Shown here piece by piece: positions 43,376 to 52,942 of a stretch of 64,000 nt of DNA. This stretch comes from Escherichia phage GEP101. A model generated the notes under the pieces. The model was given only the letters and a program-made list of their open reading frames with translations, searched no databases and had not been told where the DNA came from. Within the stretch, counting starts at the first letter, position 1, and each line of letters begins with the position of its first letter. The position numbers and the translations under genes are program-made. The DNA is taken from sequence record PQ036202. The stretch is one strand, 5' to 3'.

Positions 43376-45610
43376 ATGATTAAGACAATTAAAAAATCAA
43401 ACGGTACAGTAGTAAGCTTTGACCCAGAAAGACTGAATAAGTGGGCATCATGGGCAGACAAGCGTGGAATTATCTGGTCAGAAGTCACTATGGAAGCTAT
43501 GAAACGTGTCTATGAGGGTTGCACTACAAAAGAGATGCACCAAGCCATGATTGATGTTTGTGTTGATAAACAAACTCAAGAGTACTCAGACATGGCTGGA
43601 CGACTACTTCTGGGTATTATCTACAAAGAAGCCTTTGGAGGCTTTACTAAGGTTCCTACGCTGGTCACCTTCGTTAAAAATATGGAGAGAGCAGGGCTTT
43701 GGGAGAAGATGGACTATTCTCAGGAAGAGCTTGAATACCTGCAAGGTTATATCGTGCACTCAAAAGATATCTCTTACGGTTATGCAGTCCTGAAACAGTT
43801 CAGAGACAAGTATGGTATCCGTGATATTAAAACGGGAAGACTTTTTGAGTCACCACAGTTTATGTTTATGGGTATGGCTATGAAAGCCTTTGAGAAGCAA
43901 CCAAAGCACCGTAGGCTGCAAGATGTGATTAAGCTGTACACTTACCTATCTGACCTGAAGATTAACGCTCCTACGCCTTATCTGAATGGTTTAAGAGCTA
44001 CTAAATCAGGTTATGCGTCATGCTGTTTGATTAAGGCAAATGATACCGCTGAATCTCTAGGTATTGCTGCAAAGGTTGCCTATGACATGACCACAAAGCA
44101 AGCTGGTATTGGGATGCTGATGGAGACTCGCACTATTGGTGATGGTATCCGTCAAAACACTATTGAGCACATGGGTAAACTACCTTATTACAAGCTTGTA
44201 CGTTCATCTGTAGAGGCAAACAAACAGAAGAGTCGTGGTGGTTCAGCTAATAACTTCTACACTGCTCTAGACCCGCAGATTGAAGATTTACTGCGTTTGA
44301 AGCACCCGACAACGGTTCCTTCGAAACGTATTAATGAGATGGACTACTCATTCGGCACAAATGATTATTTCTGGCAGTGTGTTCAATATGATACAGACTG
44401 GTTGCTATTCTCTTACAAGGATGCACCAAAACTTTATGACATGTTCTACACAGCATCTGCTGATGAGTTTGCTATGGCAGTTGGTCACGCAGTCCATTCA
44501 GGTGTTAAGCACAGACGGGTGAAGGCTCGTGAAATTGCTAAACTGTTTATCCAGCAGCGTTATGCAACAGGTCGTGTGTATCCATTCTTCACGAATAATG
44601 CAAACACACATACACCATTTAAAGAACCTTTGAAGATGTCAAATCTTTGTATGGAAATTGTGTTGCCAGTGTACGGCTTTGAGAAAGAGACAGACCTTTA
44701 CAGAGATGATGCTGTGAAAGAGGATGGTGAGGTAGCTCTTTGCTTCCTAGCTAGTTTGGTTGCAGGGAGAATTTCAGAAGATGAATACGCTGACGTTGCT
44801 TATTATGCTCTTGCAATGGTTGACTCCGTTATCGACCTTATGGATTATCCGTATCCGTCGATGTGCAACCATGTTCAGAAGCGTCGTTCTGTTGGGATTG
44901 GCCTTACAAATGTGGCTCATTACCTTGCGAAAAACTACGTGAACTACTCTTCAAGAGCAGGTAAGACAAAGCTTCATGAGCTTGCTGAAATGCACTCTTA
45001 CTACTTACACGAAGCTTCTTTAAGACTTGCTAAAGAACGTGGTGTGCCTGAGTATATGCAGTTCACTAAGTATCCTGAAGGTTGGGTTCCTCCGAAAACA
45101 GCTAACAGGAAGATTGATGAGAAGCATGATGCAAAACTTCGTTATGATTGGGATGACTTAGCACAACGTATTAAAGAAAATGGTGGAATCCGTAACTCTG
45201 TATTAGAAGCTTACATGCCTAATGAGAGTTCTTCACTGGCAACTAATACGACAAATGGCTTGTATCCAATTCGTGACTTTATTTTAACTAAAAAGTCTGC
45301 AACTGGTAACGTACTGTTTATTGTTCCAGATTACGAAGAGTTGAAGTATGTCTATGAAATTGCTTGGGATATTGACACCTTTGACCTGATTGATTGTTAT
45401 GCAATTGTTCAAAAGTTCACTGGTCAAGCTATCTCTTCAGATTTCTATGTTGACTATGCAAAGTCTAAGAAGGTATCATTGGCTCAAGCTTTGAAGTACA
45501 TGATTTATGCCAACTCAGTAGGTATGAAAACCATGTACTACCTTAACAGTCGCATTGGTGTAGGTAAATCTGCACTGCAAGATGCTTATTGCGAGGGTTG
45601 TGGTGTTTAG
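43376..45610 (+). CDS. nrdA: ribonucleotide reductase class Ia alpha subunit
   Basis: N-terminal ATP-cone, NLCMEI active-site motif, C-terminal CEGCG. Confidence 0.85.
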   Translation: MIKTIKKSNGTVVSFDPERLNKWASWADKRGIIWSEVTMEAMKRVYEGCTTKEMHQAMIDVCVDKQTQEYSDMAGRLLLGIIYKEAFGGFTKVPTLVTFVKNMERAGLWEKMDYSQEELEYLQGYIVHSKDISYGYAVLKQFRDKYGIRDIKTGRLFESPQFMFMGMAMKAFEKQPKHRRLQDVIKLYTYLSDLKINAPTPYLNGLRATKSGYASCCLIKANDTAESLGIAAKVAYDMTTKQAGIGMLMETRTIGDGIRQNTIEHMGKLPYYKLVRSSVEANKQKSRGGSANNFYTALDPQIEDLLRLKHPTTVPSKRINEMDYSFGTNDYFWQCVQYDTDWLLFSYKDAPKLYDMFYTASADEFAMAVGHAVHSGVKHRRVKAREIAKLFIQQRYATGRVYPFFTNNANTHTPFKEPLKMSNLCMEIVLPVYGFEKETDLYRDDAVKEDGEVALCFLASLVAGRISEDEYADVAYYALAMVDSVIDLMDYPYPSMCNHVQKRRSVGIGLTNVAHYLAKNYVNYSSRAGKTKLHELAEMHSYYLHEASLRLAKERGVPEYMQFTKYPEGWVPPKTANRKIDEKHDAKLRYDWDDLAQRIKENGGIRNSVLEAYMPNESSSLATNTTNGLYPIRDFILTKKSATGNVLFIVPDYEELKYVYEIAWDIDTFDLIDCYAIVQKFTGQAISSDFYVDYAKSKKVSLAQALKYMIYANSVGMKTMYYLNSRIGVGKSALQDAYCEGCGV

Positions 45611-45665
45611 TTTTAATAACTATGAGGGTCGTAAAAGACCCTCTAAAATTAACTTTGGAGAGACC

Positions 45666-45923
45666 ATGAGAGATTTAATAGAAAAACATGAACGACCTAT
45701 ATACTTGCTCCACAAGCCTCGAAAAACGATGTACTATGTGAGTAGCACAGATATGATGATAAAACAAAAGGATGACTCATGGGTTGCTGGTATCTCTTAC
45801 ATCTCTACAGCAGATGGTAAAATCTACGCAAGACCTTATGAGATGTTCAACAAAGAAAATTGGGAAGTTTTAGACAGAAAACAAGCCTCAGAAATGATAA
45901 AGAAAGGAGAAATCACGCTATGA
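45666..45923 (+). CDS. hypothetical protein between nrdA and nrdB
   Basis: ATG 45666 with GGAGAG RBS; 85 aa. Confidence 0.35.
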   Translation: MRDLIEKHERPIYLLHKPRKTMYYVSSTDMMIKQKDDSWVAGISYISTADGKIYARPYEMFNKENWEVLDRKQASEMIKKGEITL

Positions 45924-46993
45924 TTAACCAGCACCCAATCTTTTTAGGTGGTGAGAGAAAAACTTTTGACTCACTTAATAAACACTACCCAAAAATCTTT
46001 GAACTTTATAAACAACAAAAAGCACAAGACTGGTCAGAAGATGAGTTCCCTTTTGAACAATCACGTCTTGATTTTGAGAGTGTTCCAGCATCTATGTCAG
46101 GTGTAATGCTTGAGATTCTTAAGTGGCAATGGGAAGCAGATACCCAAGTTGCTAAGAGCTTGGCATTTGCCTTTGCACCATTTATCTCTGATGACATCTA
46201 TGCAACTGCAATTATGAAGCAGTCTGAGATTGAAAACCTACATGCTCTTACTTACTCGGAGATTGTCAGACAATGTATTAAAAACCCTGAAACAATCTTA
46301 GATGAGATTAACCAGAATGTTGCTGTACAAGACCGATTAAAAACTGTGAATCGTGTTCTTGAAGAATTACTGGATGAAGGGATAAACTATCGACTGAGTT
46401 ATGTGCGTGACTCGCTTCTGGACAAAGACCCTTTACACTTCCATAAAGTGATTCTGAAAGGTCTATTTGCAGTGACTGCACTTGAAGGTATTTCTTTTAT
46501 GGCATCCTTTGCATGTACTTTTGCACTTGATGCTCAAGATAAATTTCAAGGTATTGCTCAAGCTGTACAGAAAATTATGCTTGACGAAATCCTTCACACT
46601 AAAATTGATATTGAAGTTTTAAAAGAAACTTTAAGAGATGATGAGTGGCAAAAAGCTTTCCAACAAATTCTTCCAGAGATTAAAGTAATCTTAGATGAAG
46701 TAGTTGAAAGTGAAGAAAAATGGTCGTATTATATCTTCTCCGAAGGACGTGCTGTAGTTGGTTTAAATACAAAACTTCTTCATGAGTGGGTTTACTATAA
46801 TGCTGCCCCACTGTATGATATGTTTAGCATTCCCAGAGATTTTGTAGCTCCTAAAGAACCACCTTTGAAGTATATGATTAAGAAGATGGAAATTGATAAA
46901 GAGCAGAATGCTAATCAGGAGCAACAGAACGGTGCGTATTTATTAAATACTGTTGTAGACGATTTGAATAGTGGATTTTTAGAGGTTCCTTAA
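45920..46993 (+). CDS. nrdB: ribonucleotide reductase class Ia beta subunit
   Basis: Two E..H iron-ligand motifs (EIENLHALTYSEIV, DEILHTKI); ATG 45920 with AAAGGAGA RBS. Confidence 0.8.
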   Translation: MINQHPIFLGGERKTFDSLNKHYPKIFELYKQQKAQDWSEDEFPFEQSRLDFESVPASMSGVMLEILKWQWEADTQVAKSLAFAFAPFISDDIYATAIMKQSEIENLHALTYSEIVRQCIKNPETILDEINQNVAVQDRLKTVNRVLEELLDEGINYRLSYVRDSLLDKDPLHFHKVILKGLFAVTALEGISFMASFACTFALDAQDKFQGIAQAVQKIMLDEILHTKIDIEVLKETLRDDEWQKAFQQILPEIKVILDEVVESEEKWSYYIFSEGRAVVGLNTKLLHEWVYYNAAPLYDMFSIPRDFVAPKEPPLKYMIKKMEIDKEQNANQEQQNGAYLLNTVVDDLNSGFLEVP

Positions 46994-47235
46994 TGACTTA
47001 TGTAATTTACTCCAAAACTGGATGCCCTCAGTGTGAGACTGCAAAGAATTTTGCAAAAGCTCGTGGTATTGACCATGTTGTGAGAATGTTAGGGCAGGAC
47101 TATGAGCTATCGGAACTAATGGACATTGCACAGATGCCAGTTCGTCAGATGCCATTCATCATGAAAACTGATGGACAAAACCTAAAACCTGTTGGGACGC
47201 TACAGAATTTTATGGCAGAGGTGAATAATGCTTAA
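46993..47235 (+). CDS. glutaredoxin/NrdH-like redoxin
   Basis: CPQC active site near N-terminus, 80 aa, adjacent to nrdAB. Confidence 0.6.
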   Translation: MTYVIYSKTGCPQCETAKNFAKARGIDHVVRMLGQDYELSELMDIAQMPVRQMPFIMKTDGQNLKPVGTLQNFMAEVNNA

Positions 47236-47434
47236 ACGCCTTTGGGAAGGCTTGGTTATTGATGCACCAGCTATTGTGATTGGTATGCTTGTTGTTAACC
47301 TATTTACTGATTTTGAACAAGGTTCATTGTTTGGAGCCATGTTACTATGGGTTATCTTTGAAATATTAGAAATACAGTTAGGCATCACTGAAAAACTAAG
47401 AGAACTCTTTTCGAAGTTTTCTAAAAAGATTTAA
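47228..47434 (+). CDS. small membrane protein
   Basis: Hydrophobic 68-aa ORF. Confidence 0.3.
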   Translation: MLKRLWEGLVIDAPAIVIGMLVVNLFTDFEQGSLFGAMLLWVIFEILEIQLGITEKLRELFSKFSKKI

Positions 47435-47438
47435 AATG

Positions 47439-47464
47439 AAAGGGTCTCTTCGGAGACCTTTTTA
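47439..47464 (+). terminator. rho-independent terminator (UUCG loop)
   Basis: AAAGGGTCTC-TTCG-GAGACCTTT followed by TTTT. Confidence 0.55.
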
Positions 47465-47482
47465 TCATGTAAAGGGGCAATA

Positions 47483-49627
47483 ATGAACAAAGTACAAATT
47501 ATTAAAAAGAATGGCTCACTTGAAGAACCGGATATCAAAAAAGTTTTAGCAGCAGTAACTAAGTCAGCTAACAGGGTTGGATATAAAGAACTTCCACCAG
47601 ATGTTACCCAAGCTCTTGAGTCAGCATTTATGAGGATTCTGGTAAAGTCCACTAAGCAGAATAACTTACTTATCTCAGTAAATGATATTCACAGCATTGT
47701 TGAGGGTGCTTTGGCAGAAGTCAATCACGAGATTTATGAATCTTATTCAACATACAGAAATTACCGTAAAGAAGTCGCTCAAAATTGGGATGAGCTTTAC
47801 CAAAAGACCAGAGACACACTCTTCTTAGGTGACCGTGAAAATGCTAACTTTGACAGTAGTTTAATTTCTACAAAAGGTTCAATCATTCGTGGTTACTTGA
47901 CTAAAGAAATCTTTAAACAGTACCATTTAACACCAGAGGAACTTGAAGCCATTGAAAAAGGGTTTATCTATATCCACGATTTAAGAGACCTGATTTTTGG
48001 TGGTATCAACTGTTGCCTGTTTGACATTGGTAAAGTACTGAAAGGTGGCTTTGAAATGTCTGGCATTGAATACTGTGAACCGAAGTCTGTACTGTCAGCC
48101 TTACAAGTTATCGGTGATGTAGTTCTTTCAGCAACTGCACAGCAATTTGGTGGATTTACTTTAGCAGAGATTGATAAGGTGCTTGTACCGTATGCTAAGA
48201 AGTCTCTACGCTATCATGCTGAGAAAGCAGCATCTTACGGTATTCCTAAAGAACATTACCATAACTATGTCATGGAGCAGCTACAGATTGAATTAACTCA
48301 AGGCTTCCAGTCACTAGAGATGAAACTAAATACTGTACCTTGTAGCCGTGGTGATTTTGCATTCACAACTTTAACATTTGGTTTACTTGACTCAGACATG
48401 TCTAATGAAGACAACCGGCTACAATACATGATTGCAAACACCATTCTTGATGTTCGCATGAATGGACAAGGTAAGAGTAAGAAGCCTGTTGTATTCCCTA
48501 AACTGGTTTATATTCATGACCAGAAGAGACACGATGAGAATATCTGTCAAGGCCAACTGTACAGTAAAGCTATTGAGTGTTGCTCTAAAGCAATGTATCC
48601 AGATTTCTTAAGCGTATCTGGTCATGGTGCTGTAGCAGAGGCTTTTGAGCGTTCTGGCAAGGTAATTTCACCGATGGGTTGCAGAGCTTTCTTATCCCCA
48701 TATCTTAACGAGAATGGAGAAGAGTTCTACGTTGGTCGTGCTAATATTGGTGCTGTATCTTTGAACTTGCCAATGATTTACCAGTATTCTAAAGAGAGTG
48801 GTTTAGATTTCTGGAAAGAGCTTGATAAGTACCTAGAGATGATTCGCAGCTTCCACAAGAAACGCTACGAAATGATTGCTAATATGCCAGCAAGTTCTAA
48901 CCCTCTTGCATTCACACAAGGTGGTCTGTACAAAGGGACTAAGAAACCTACTGACAAGGTTGGCTGGGATATTGTGAAGTCTTTCACAGCTTCTTTTGGG
49001 GTTACTGCGCTTGATGAGTTATCTGTTCTTGCTGAGGGTAAACGACTTCATGAAGTTGGAAGCTGTAGTTTTGCATACGATGTTCTAGCATACATTAACA
49101 TGAAAACTGAAGAGTTTAAGGATGAAGATGGCTTCTTGTATGCAGTCTATGGCACTCCAGCAGAATCACTTTGTGGGACTCAGCTAAAACAGTTCAGAGA
49201 AATGTTTGGTGTTATCAAAGGCGTTTCTGACAAGGAATACTTTACAAACAGTTTCCATATGAATGTTGCAGCAGACATCTCACCATTTGAGAAGCAGGAC
49301 TTAGAAGAGCCATTCTTCCATATCTGTAGAGGTGGCAGAATCCAGTATGTAAGGGTAGCTAACCCAGAAAACTTAACAGCACTTAAAAGTTGTATTACAA
49401 GAGGCATGTTGAAAGGCTTTTATCAGGGACTTAACTTTGACTTAGCAATCTGTGAACATTGTGGTAACAGACCAAAGGCTGATGTTGAAGAATGTGAAGT
49501 TTGCCATTCACATGATATCTCTGTGATTAACAGGGTGTGCGGGTACTTGGGGTGGACTAAGATTAAAGGCGAATCCCGAATGAATGATGCAAAAATTGCT
49601 GAGATTCGTGACAGGATTTCTATGTAA
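47483..49627 (+). CDS. nrdD: anaerobic ribonucleoside-triphosphate reductase
   Basis: N-terminal ATP-cone, C-terminal Zn-ribbon CEHCG...CEVCH and glycyl radical motif RVCGYLG. Confidence 0.85.
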   Translation: MNKVQIIKKNGSLEEPDIKKVLAAVTKSANRVGYKELPPDVTQALESAFMRILVKSTKQNNLLISVNDIHSIVEGALAEVNHEIYESYSTYRNYRKEVAQNWDELYQKTRDTLFLGDRENANFDSSLISTKGSIIRGYLTKEIFKQYHLTPEELEAIEKGFIYIHDLRDLIFGGINCCLFDIGKVLKGGFEMSGIEYCEPKSVLSALQVIGDVVLSATAQQFGGFTLAEIDKVLVPYAKKSLRYHAEKAASYGIPKEHYHNYVMEQLQIELTQGFQSLEMKLNTVPCSRGDFAFTTLTFGLLDSDMSNEDNRLQYMIANTILDVRMNGQGKSKKPVVFPKLVYIHDQKRHDENICQGQLYSKAIECCSKAMYPDFLSVSGHGAVAEAFERSGKVISPMGCRAFLSPYLNENGEEFYVGRANIGAVSLNLPMIYQYSKESGLDFWKELDKYLEMIRSFHKKRYEMIANMPASSNPLAFTQGGLYKGTKKPTDKVGWDIVKSFTASFGVTALDELSVLAEGKRLHEVGSCSFAYDVLAYINMKTEEFKDEDGFLYAVYGTPAESLCGTQLKQFREMFGVIKGVSDKEYFTNSFHMNVAADISPFEKQDLEEPFFHICRGGRIQYVRVANPENLTALKSCITRGMLKGFYQGLNFDLAICEHCGNRPKADVEECEVCHSHDISVINRVCGYLGWTKIKGESRMNDAKIAEIRDRISM

Positions 49628-49635
49628 AACTTGAC

Positions 49636-49676
49636 AAGGTGGTGTGAGTCTTGATAGGCTTACATCACCTTTTTTA
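49636..49676 (+). terminator. hairpin plus T-run after nrdD (overlaps a TTGACA box)
   Basis: AAGGTG ... CACCTT stem with TTTTTT at 49670..49675. Confidence 0.4.
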
Positions 49677-49780
49677 TTGGATGTTAGACATGGCAGAGAA
49701 TATTATTGGGTTGTTCATAGGTTCTGTTTTACTAGGGTTCTTTTAGGACTTTCTTATTGTGAATTGAGAGATAAGTTAAA

Positions 49781-49981
49781 ATGTTTAAAATATCAAAAAC
49801 GTTGATATACATACTCCACATTCTAATCTTCTTCTTTGGGGTTAGTGTTATGGTATGGGGTTTTTCAGACCCACAATGGAGTTTATCATATCATGGGCAA
49901 ATGGATTTATGGTCATGCTTCAAACCATTTTTAGGGTTAGCTATAGCATTCAGTGCATTACCAACTAAGGTGAAATTATGA
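49781..49981 (+). CDS. small membrane protein
   Basis: Hydrophobic 66-aa ORF. Confidence 0.3.
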   Translation: MFKISKTLIYILHILIFFFGVSVMVWGFSDPQWSLSYHGQMDLWSCFKPFLGLAIAFSALPTKVKL

Positions 49982-50373
49982 TTAAGTTGAACAAAAAACA
50001 GCTAGAGTGGATTAAAGATTACGCCTCAGAGTGTGGCTCTTGCGAAAAGAATCACGTAAGATATTCAACATTCCATATAACCTTCACATTGTACATCAGT
50101 AACAGTGTTCTAAGTGATTCCGTAGAAGACGGTGTAGTATTGCCTAATGAGTTACTTGATAAACTAGCTGTAGTCACTGGAACTTGGTCTGAAGAAGATG
50201 GTCACGAACTCTCTGATGATGTTGTCTTCTGCACTCTTGAAAACATTATGAATCCAGAGTACATTATGCTAATGACGTGTGCACAAGACTGTGTACCATT
50301 ACAAAACTTCATTAAAGAACACTGTGAAGAATTTATTACTAAACAGGTTCCTTGTCAGGTAGTGTTTGAATAA
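49978..50373 (+). CDS. hypothetical protein
   Basis: 131-aa ORF. Confidence 0.35.
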   Translation: MIKLNKKQLEWIKDYASECGSCEKNHVRYSTFHITFTLYISNSVLSDSVEDGVVLPNELLDKLAVVTGTWSEEDGHELSDDVVFCTLENIMNPEYIMLMTCAQDCVPLQNFIKEHCEEFITKQVPCQVVFE

Positions 50374-50408
50374 GTAAAACAATTAAATAATATTGGTGAG
50401 GTAACTAG

Positions 50409-50894
50409 ATGAATTACATGGAGATTCGACCATTTGACACAGCTAATGGTGAAGGGGTTCGGGTAAGCCTCTTCGTAGCTGGCTGTAAACATCACTGTGA
50501 AGGCTGCTTTAACAGGGAGTCTTGGAAGTTTAATGCTGGTAAAGAGTTTACTTATGCAAACCTCTACGGCATCATTAAATTAATGGATGATGAGGCCATC
50601 AGTGGGTTGTCAATACTCGGTGGAGAACCTCTTGATGACAGAAACATTCAAGAAGTCACCAACATATGTAAACGTATTAAAACTGTTTACCCAGAAAAGT
50701 CTATCTGGCTCTGGACAGGTTTTCAGTTACACGAAAAAATTCATCTAGATGTGATGAAATATGTTGACGTGGTGATTGATGGTAAGTATGATTCTTCTAA
50801 ACCAACAGTTAAACCATATCGTGGTTCTGATAACCAAAACCTCTGGAGAAAAGAGTATGGATGGCAAGGCGATTGTCAATGGCGAGCAGAGTAA
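50409..50894 (+). CDS. nrdG: anaerobic RNR activating enzyme (radical SAM)
   Basis: CKHHCEGC CxxxCxxC-type cluster motif, about 160 aa, adjacent to nrdD. Confidence 0.75.
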   Translation: MNYMEIRPFDTANGEGVRVSLFVAGCKHHCEGCFNRESWKFNAGKEFTYANLYGIIKLMDDEAISGLSILGGEPLDDRNIQEVTNICKRIKTVYPEKSIWLWTGFQLHEKIHLDVMKYVDVVIDGKYDSSKPTVKPYRGSDNQNLWRKEYGWQGDCQWRAE

Positions 50895-50931
50895 ATCTCG
50901 TCGTAAAATTGGTTACGGGAAAGGTGAGATA

Positions 50932-51234
50932 ATGGTTATCTCTTTTAACAGTGCTTTATTAGGTACTTATAAGGTTAAGACTGAACTCCTTGATGAGTGG
51001 AAAAAGTATACAAACTCACTCTTCGGTAATGTTGGAATGGAAGCCTTAGCAGAGATTGAGAAGGCTGGAACATTCGAAGTTGTTGGTAAAGGCCACTTTA
51101 CAATGTTCTACAAAACAAATTTAAACGTTGGTGACAGTATTGTTGGTGTCACTGAAGAAGAACTTAAAACATTTTGTGAAAAGATTGAGAGAGATGCGAA
51201 ATGGGAATCTGGAACAGTTTTAAATCAAAAATAA
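50932..51234 (+). CDS. hypothetical protein
   Basis: Start moved to ATG 50932 with AAGGTGAG RBS. Confidence 0.35.
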   Translation: MVISFNSALLGTYKVKTELLDEWKKYTNSLFGNVGMEALAEIEKAGTFEVVGKGHFTMFYKTNLNVGDSIVGVTEEELKTFCEKIERDAKWESGTVLNQK

Positions 51235-51458
51235 AAGCAGCACTGGCATCACTAGGTATGCTCACTGGTGTTGACGTTACTCATCTCATGCAGAACTTCA
51301 AGATGGATGAGAAGCTGGCTAATGAGATTATGAAAAGTATCTATGTAGGCCGTGGTAAAGGTGGTAAGAAACAAGCCCACCGTCCGTCTGGTGCAGCAGC
51401 TATTAAACGAGCAGCTAAGAAAGCTCGTAACCGTAAACGTAACAAGAAGGCTAAATAA
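51201..51458 (+). CDS. small basic protein
   Basis: 85 aa, K/R-rich C-terminus. Confidence 0.3.
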   Translation: MGIWNSFKSKIKAALASLGMLTGVDVTHLMQNFKMDEKLANEIMKSIYVGRGKGGKKQAHRPSGAAAIKRAAKKARNRKRNKKAK

Positions 51459-51460
51459 TC

Positions 51461-51781
51461 ATGAGCAAAGTTTATAACACTCGTAAATTACAGATTTTCG
51501 TACTGTGCCAGTTTATGGCTAGAGAGTATAACTGCTACTATTGTGGTACAGGGTTCATTAGTGATAATGACGGCTCATATCTACCATTCAAAGAGGCTGT
51601 AAAACTCTTCAATGAAGAGAAAAGCTCTAAGAAAGATATTGAAAAGGTTAAGCTAACCTACAGCAAGAAAGATAAGAAGATTATCTGCCTAGATAACTTT
51701 GTAAAAGTTACTGGAGAAGCAAAAGAGTTTATGGATGAGAGTGAGATTTCATTCACAAGCATCTTGAAAGTAGCTCAGTAA
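51461..51781 (+). CDS. hypothetical protein
   Basis: 106-aa ORF. Confidence 0.35.
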   Translation: MSKVYNTRKLQIFVLCQFMAREYNCYYCGTGFISDNDGSYLPFKEAVKLFNEEKSSKKDIEKVKLTYSKKDKKIICLDNFVKVTGEAKEFMDESEISFTSILKVAQ

Positions 51782-51792
51782 ACAGATACTAT

Positions 51793-51822
51793 AAGGGGAC
51801 TGTAAAGGTTCCCTTTTTATTT
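51793..51822 (+). terminator. rho-independent terminator
   Basis: AAGGGGACT-GTAAA-GGTTCCCTT hairpin followed by TTTATTTT. Confidence 0.4.
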
Positions 51823-51832
51823 TGGAGATAAT

Positions 51833-51949
51833 ATGTATCTGTCAAATCTGAAACGTTCTGCTGCAATGTCTGTCCTAAGACTGAGCTTTGAAGAACGTCA
51901 AGAGTTCATTGATTCCCACCAATACGACCCTTCTAACTCGAATTACTGA
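51833..51949 (+). CDS. very small hypothetical ORF (38 aa)
   Basis: ATG 51833 with GGAGA RBS. Confidence 0.25.
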   Translation: MYLSNLKRSAAMSVLRLSFEERQEFIDSHQYDPSNSNY

Positions 51950-51970
51950 TTAGAAAGATTCAAAATGATA

Positions 51971-52000
51971 TTGACGGACTCGTCAAAGATTGGCTATAGT
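51971..52000 (+). promoter_or_regulatory. candidate promoter TTGACG-N18-TATAGT with embedded palindrome TTGACGgactCGTCAA
   Basis: Direct read upstream of methyltransferase gene. Confidence 0.35.
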
Positions 52001-52033
52001 TAGCTCATTGGAACGAAACACAACGGAGTAAAA

Positions 52034-52755
52034 ATGATGGATATTAAAACAGAGAATGCGTGGTTAATGTTTGGTGACTGTCTGGAGCGCATGAAAGAAA
52101 TACCGGACGGTAGCGTGGATATGATTTTGTGTGATTTGCCGTATGGTACGACGCGGAATAAATGGGATTTAGTAATACCTTTCGATAAACTTTGGGCAGA
52201 GTATAAGCGGGTGTGTAGCGGCGCCGTGGTTCTCACTGCCGCGCAGCCCTTCACCTCCGCCCTTATAATGAGTAACCAAAAGGATTTCAAGTATACGTGG
52301 GTGTGGGATAAGGCTACAGCACCGGTTTTCTTAATGCTAAAAAGCAGCCCCTTCGCCAGACAGAAGATATTGTCGTTTTCGGTAAGGTTAAGACTTACAA
52401 TCCAATAATGGAAGTTAGGGGAAAGCCACGCAAGAAAGGAGGGCATAATAAGCCAGGAGGCTCTGATAACTACGGCCGGTTCGGTGACGCAGTTTCTGTC
52501 AATAACGAATATTACCCTACCAATCTGTTGCGCATATCCAACGCGGTGCGCAAGGGTAGGCTGCACCCTACACAGAAGCCAGTGGCCTTGATGGAATACC
52601 TTATCAAGACGTACACCAACGAAGGGGATGTGGTTCTTGATAACTGCATGGGCAGCGGTACAACTGGTGTGGCATGTCGCAACACAAACCGTAAATTCAT
52701 CGGTATTGAAATGGACCCGACTTATTACGGCATTGCGTGTGGGAGAATTTTATGA
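52034..52755 (+). pseudogene. beta-class N6A/N4C DNA methyltransferase, interrupted by a frameshift near 52312..52330
   Basis: Frame A (52034..52408) has DLPYG motif IV-like and VWDK; frame B (open from 52312 to 52755) has HPTQKP and VLDNCMGSGTTGVAC SAM-binding motif I. Confidence 0.65.
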
Positions 52756-52928
52756 CACCAACACTCCTCGAATGGCAACGTAAGCACGGTATCACGGCTG
52801 AGGCTCTGGCTGACCTTGTGACAAAACCAGTACCAGATGGCATAGGTAAATGTTCAGTGATTTATCACGTTGTAGACCCTGCAAAATGCAAATCTGCAAT
52901 GGCAGTAACAAACGTAACTTTTGATTGA
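52737..52928 (+). CDS. hypothetical protein
   Basis: 63-aa ORF overlapping methyltransferase 3-prime end. Confidence 0.3.
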   Translation: MWENFMTPTLLEWQRKHGITAEALADLVTKPVPDGIGKCSVIYHVVDPAKCKSAMAVTNVTFD

Positions 52929-52942
52929 GAGAGAGAGAAACT

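Noticed and set aside
52312-52340. Programmed frameshift in the methyltransferase
   Set aside because: No slippery heptamer or homopolymer at the frame switch; a mutation or sequencing error is more likely, so it is reported as a pseudogene or check-sequence case.
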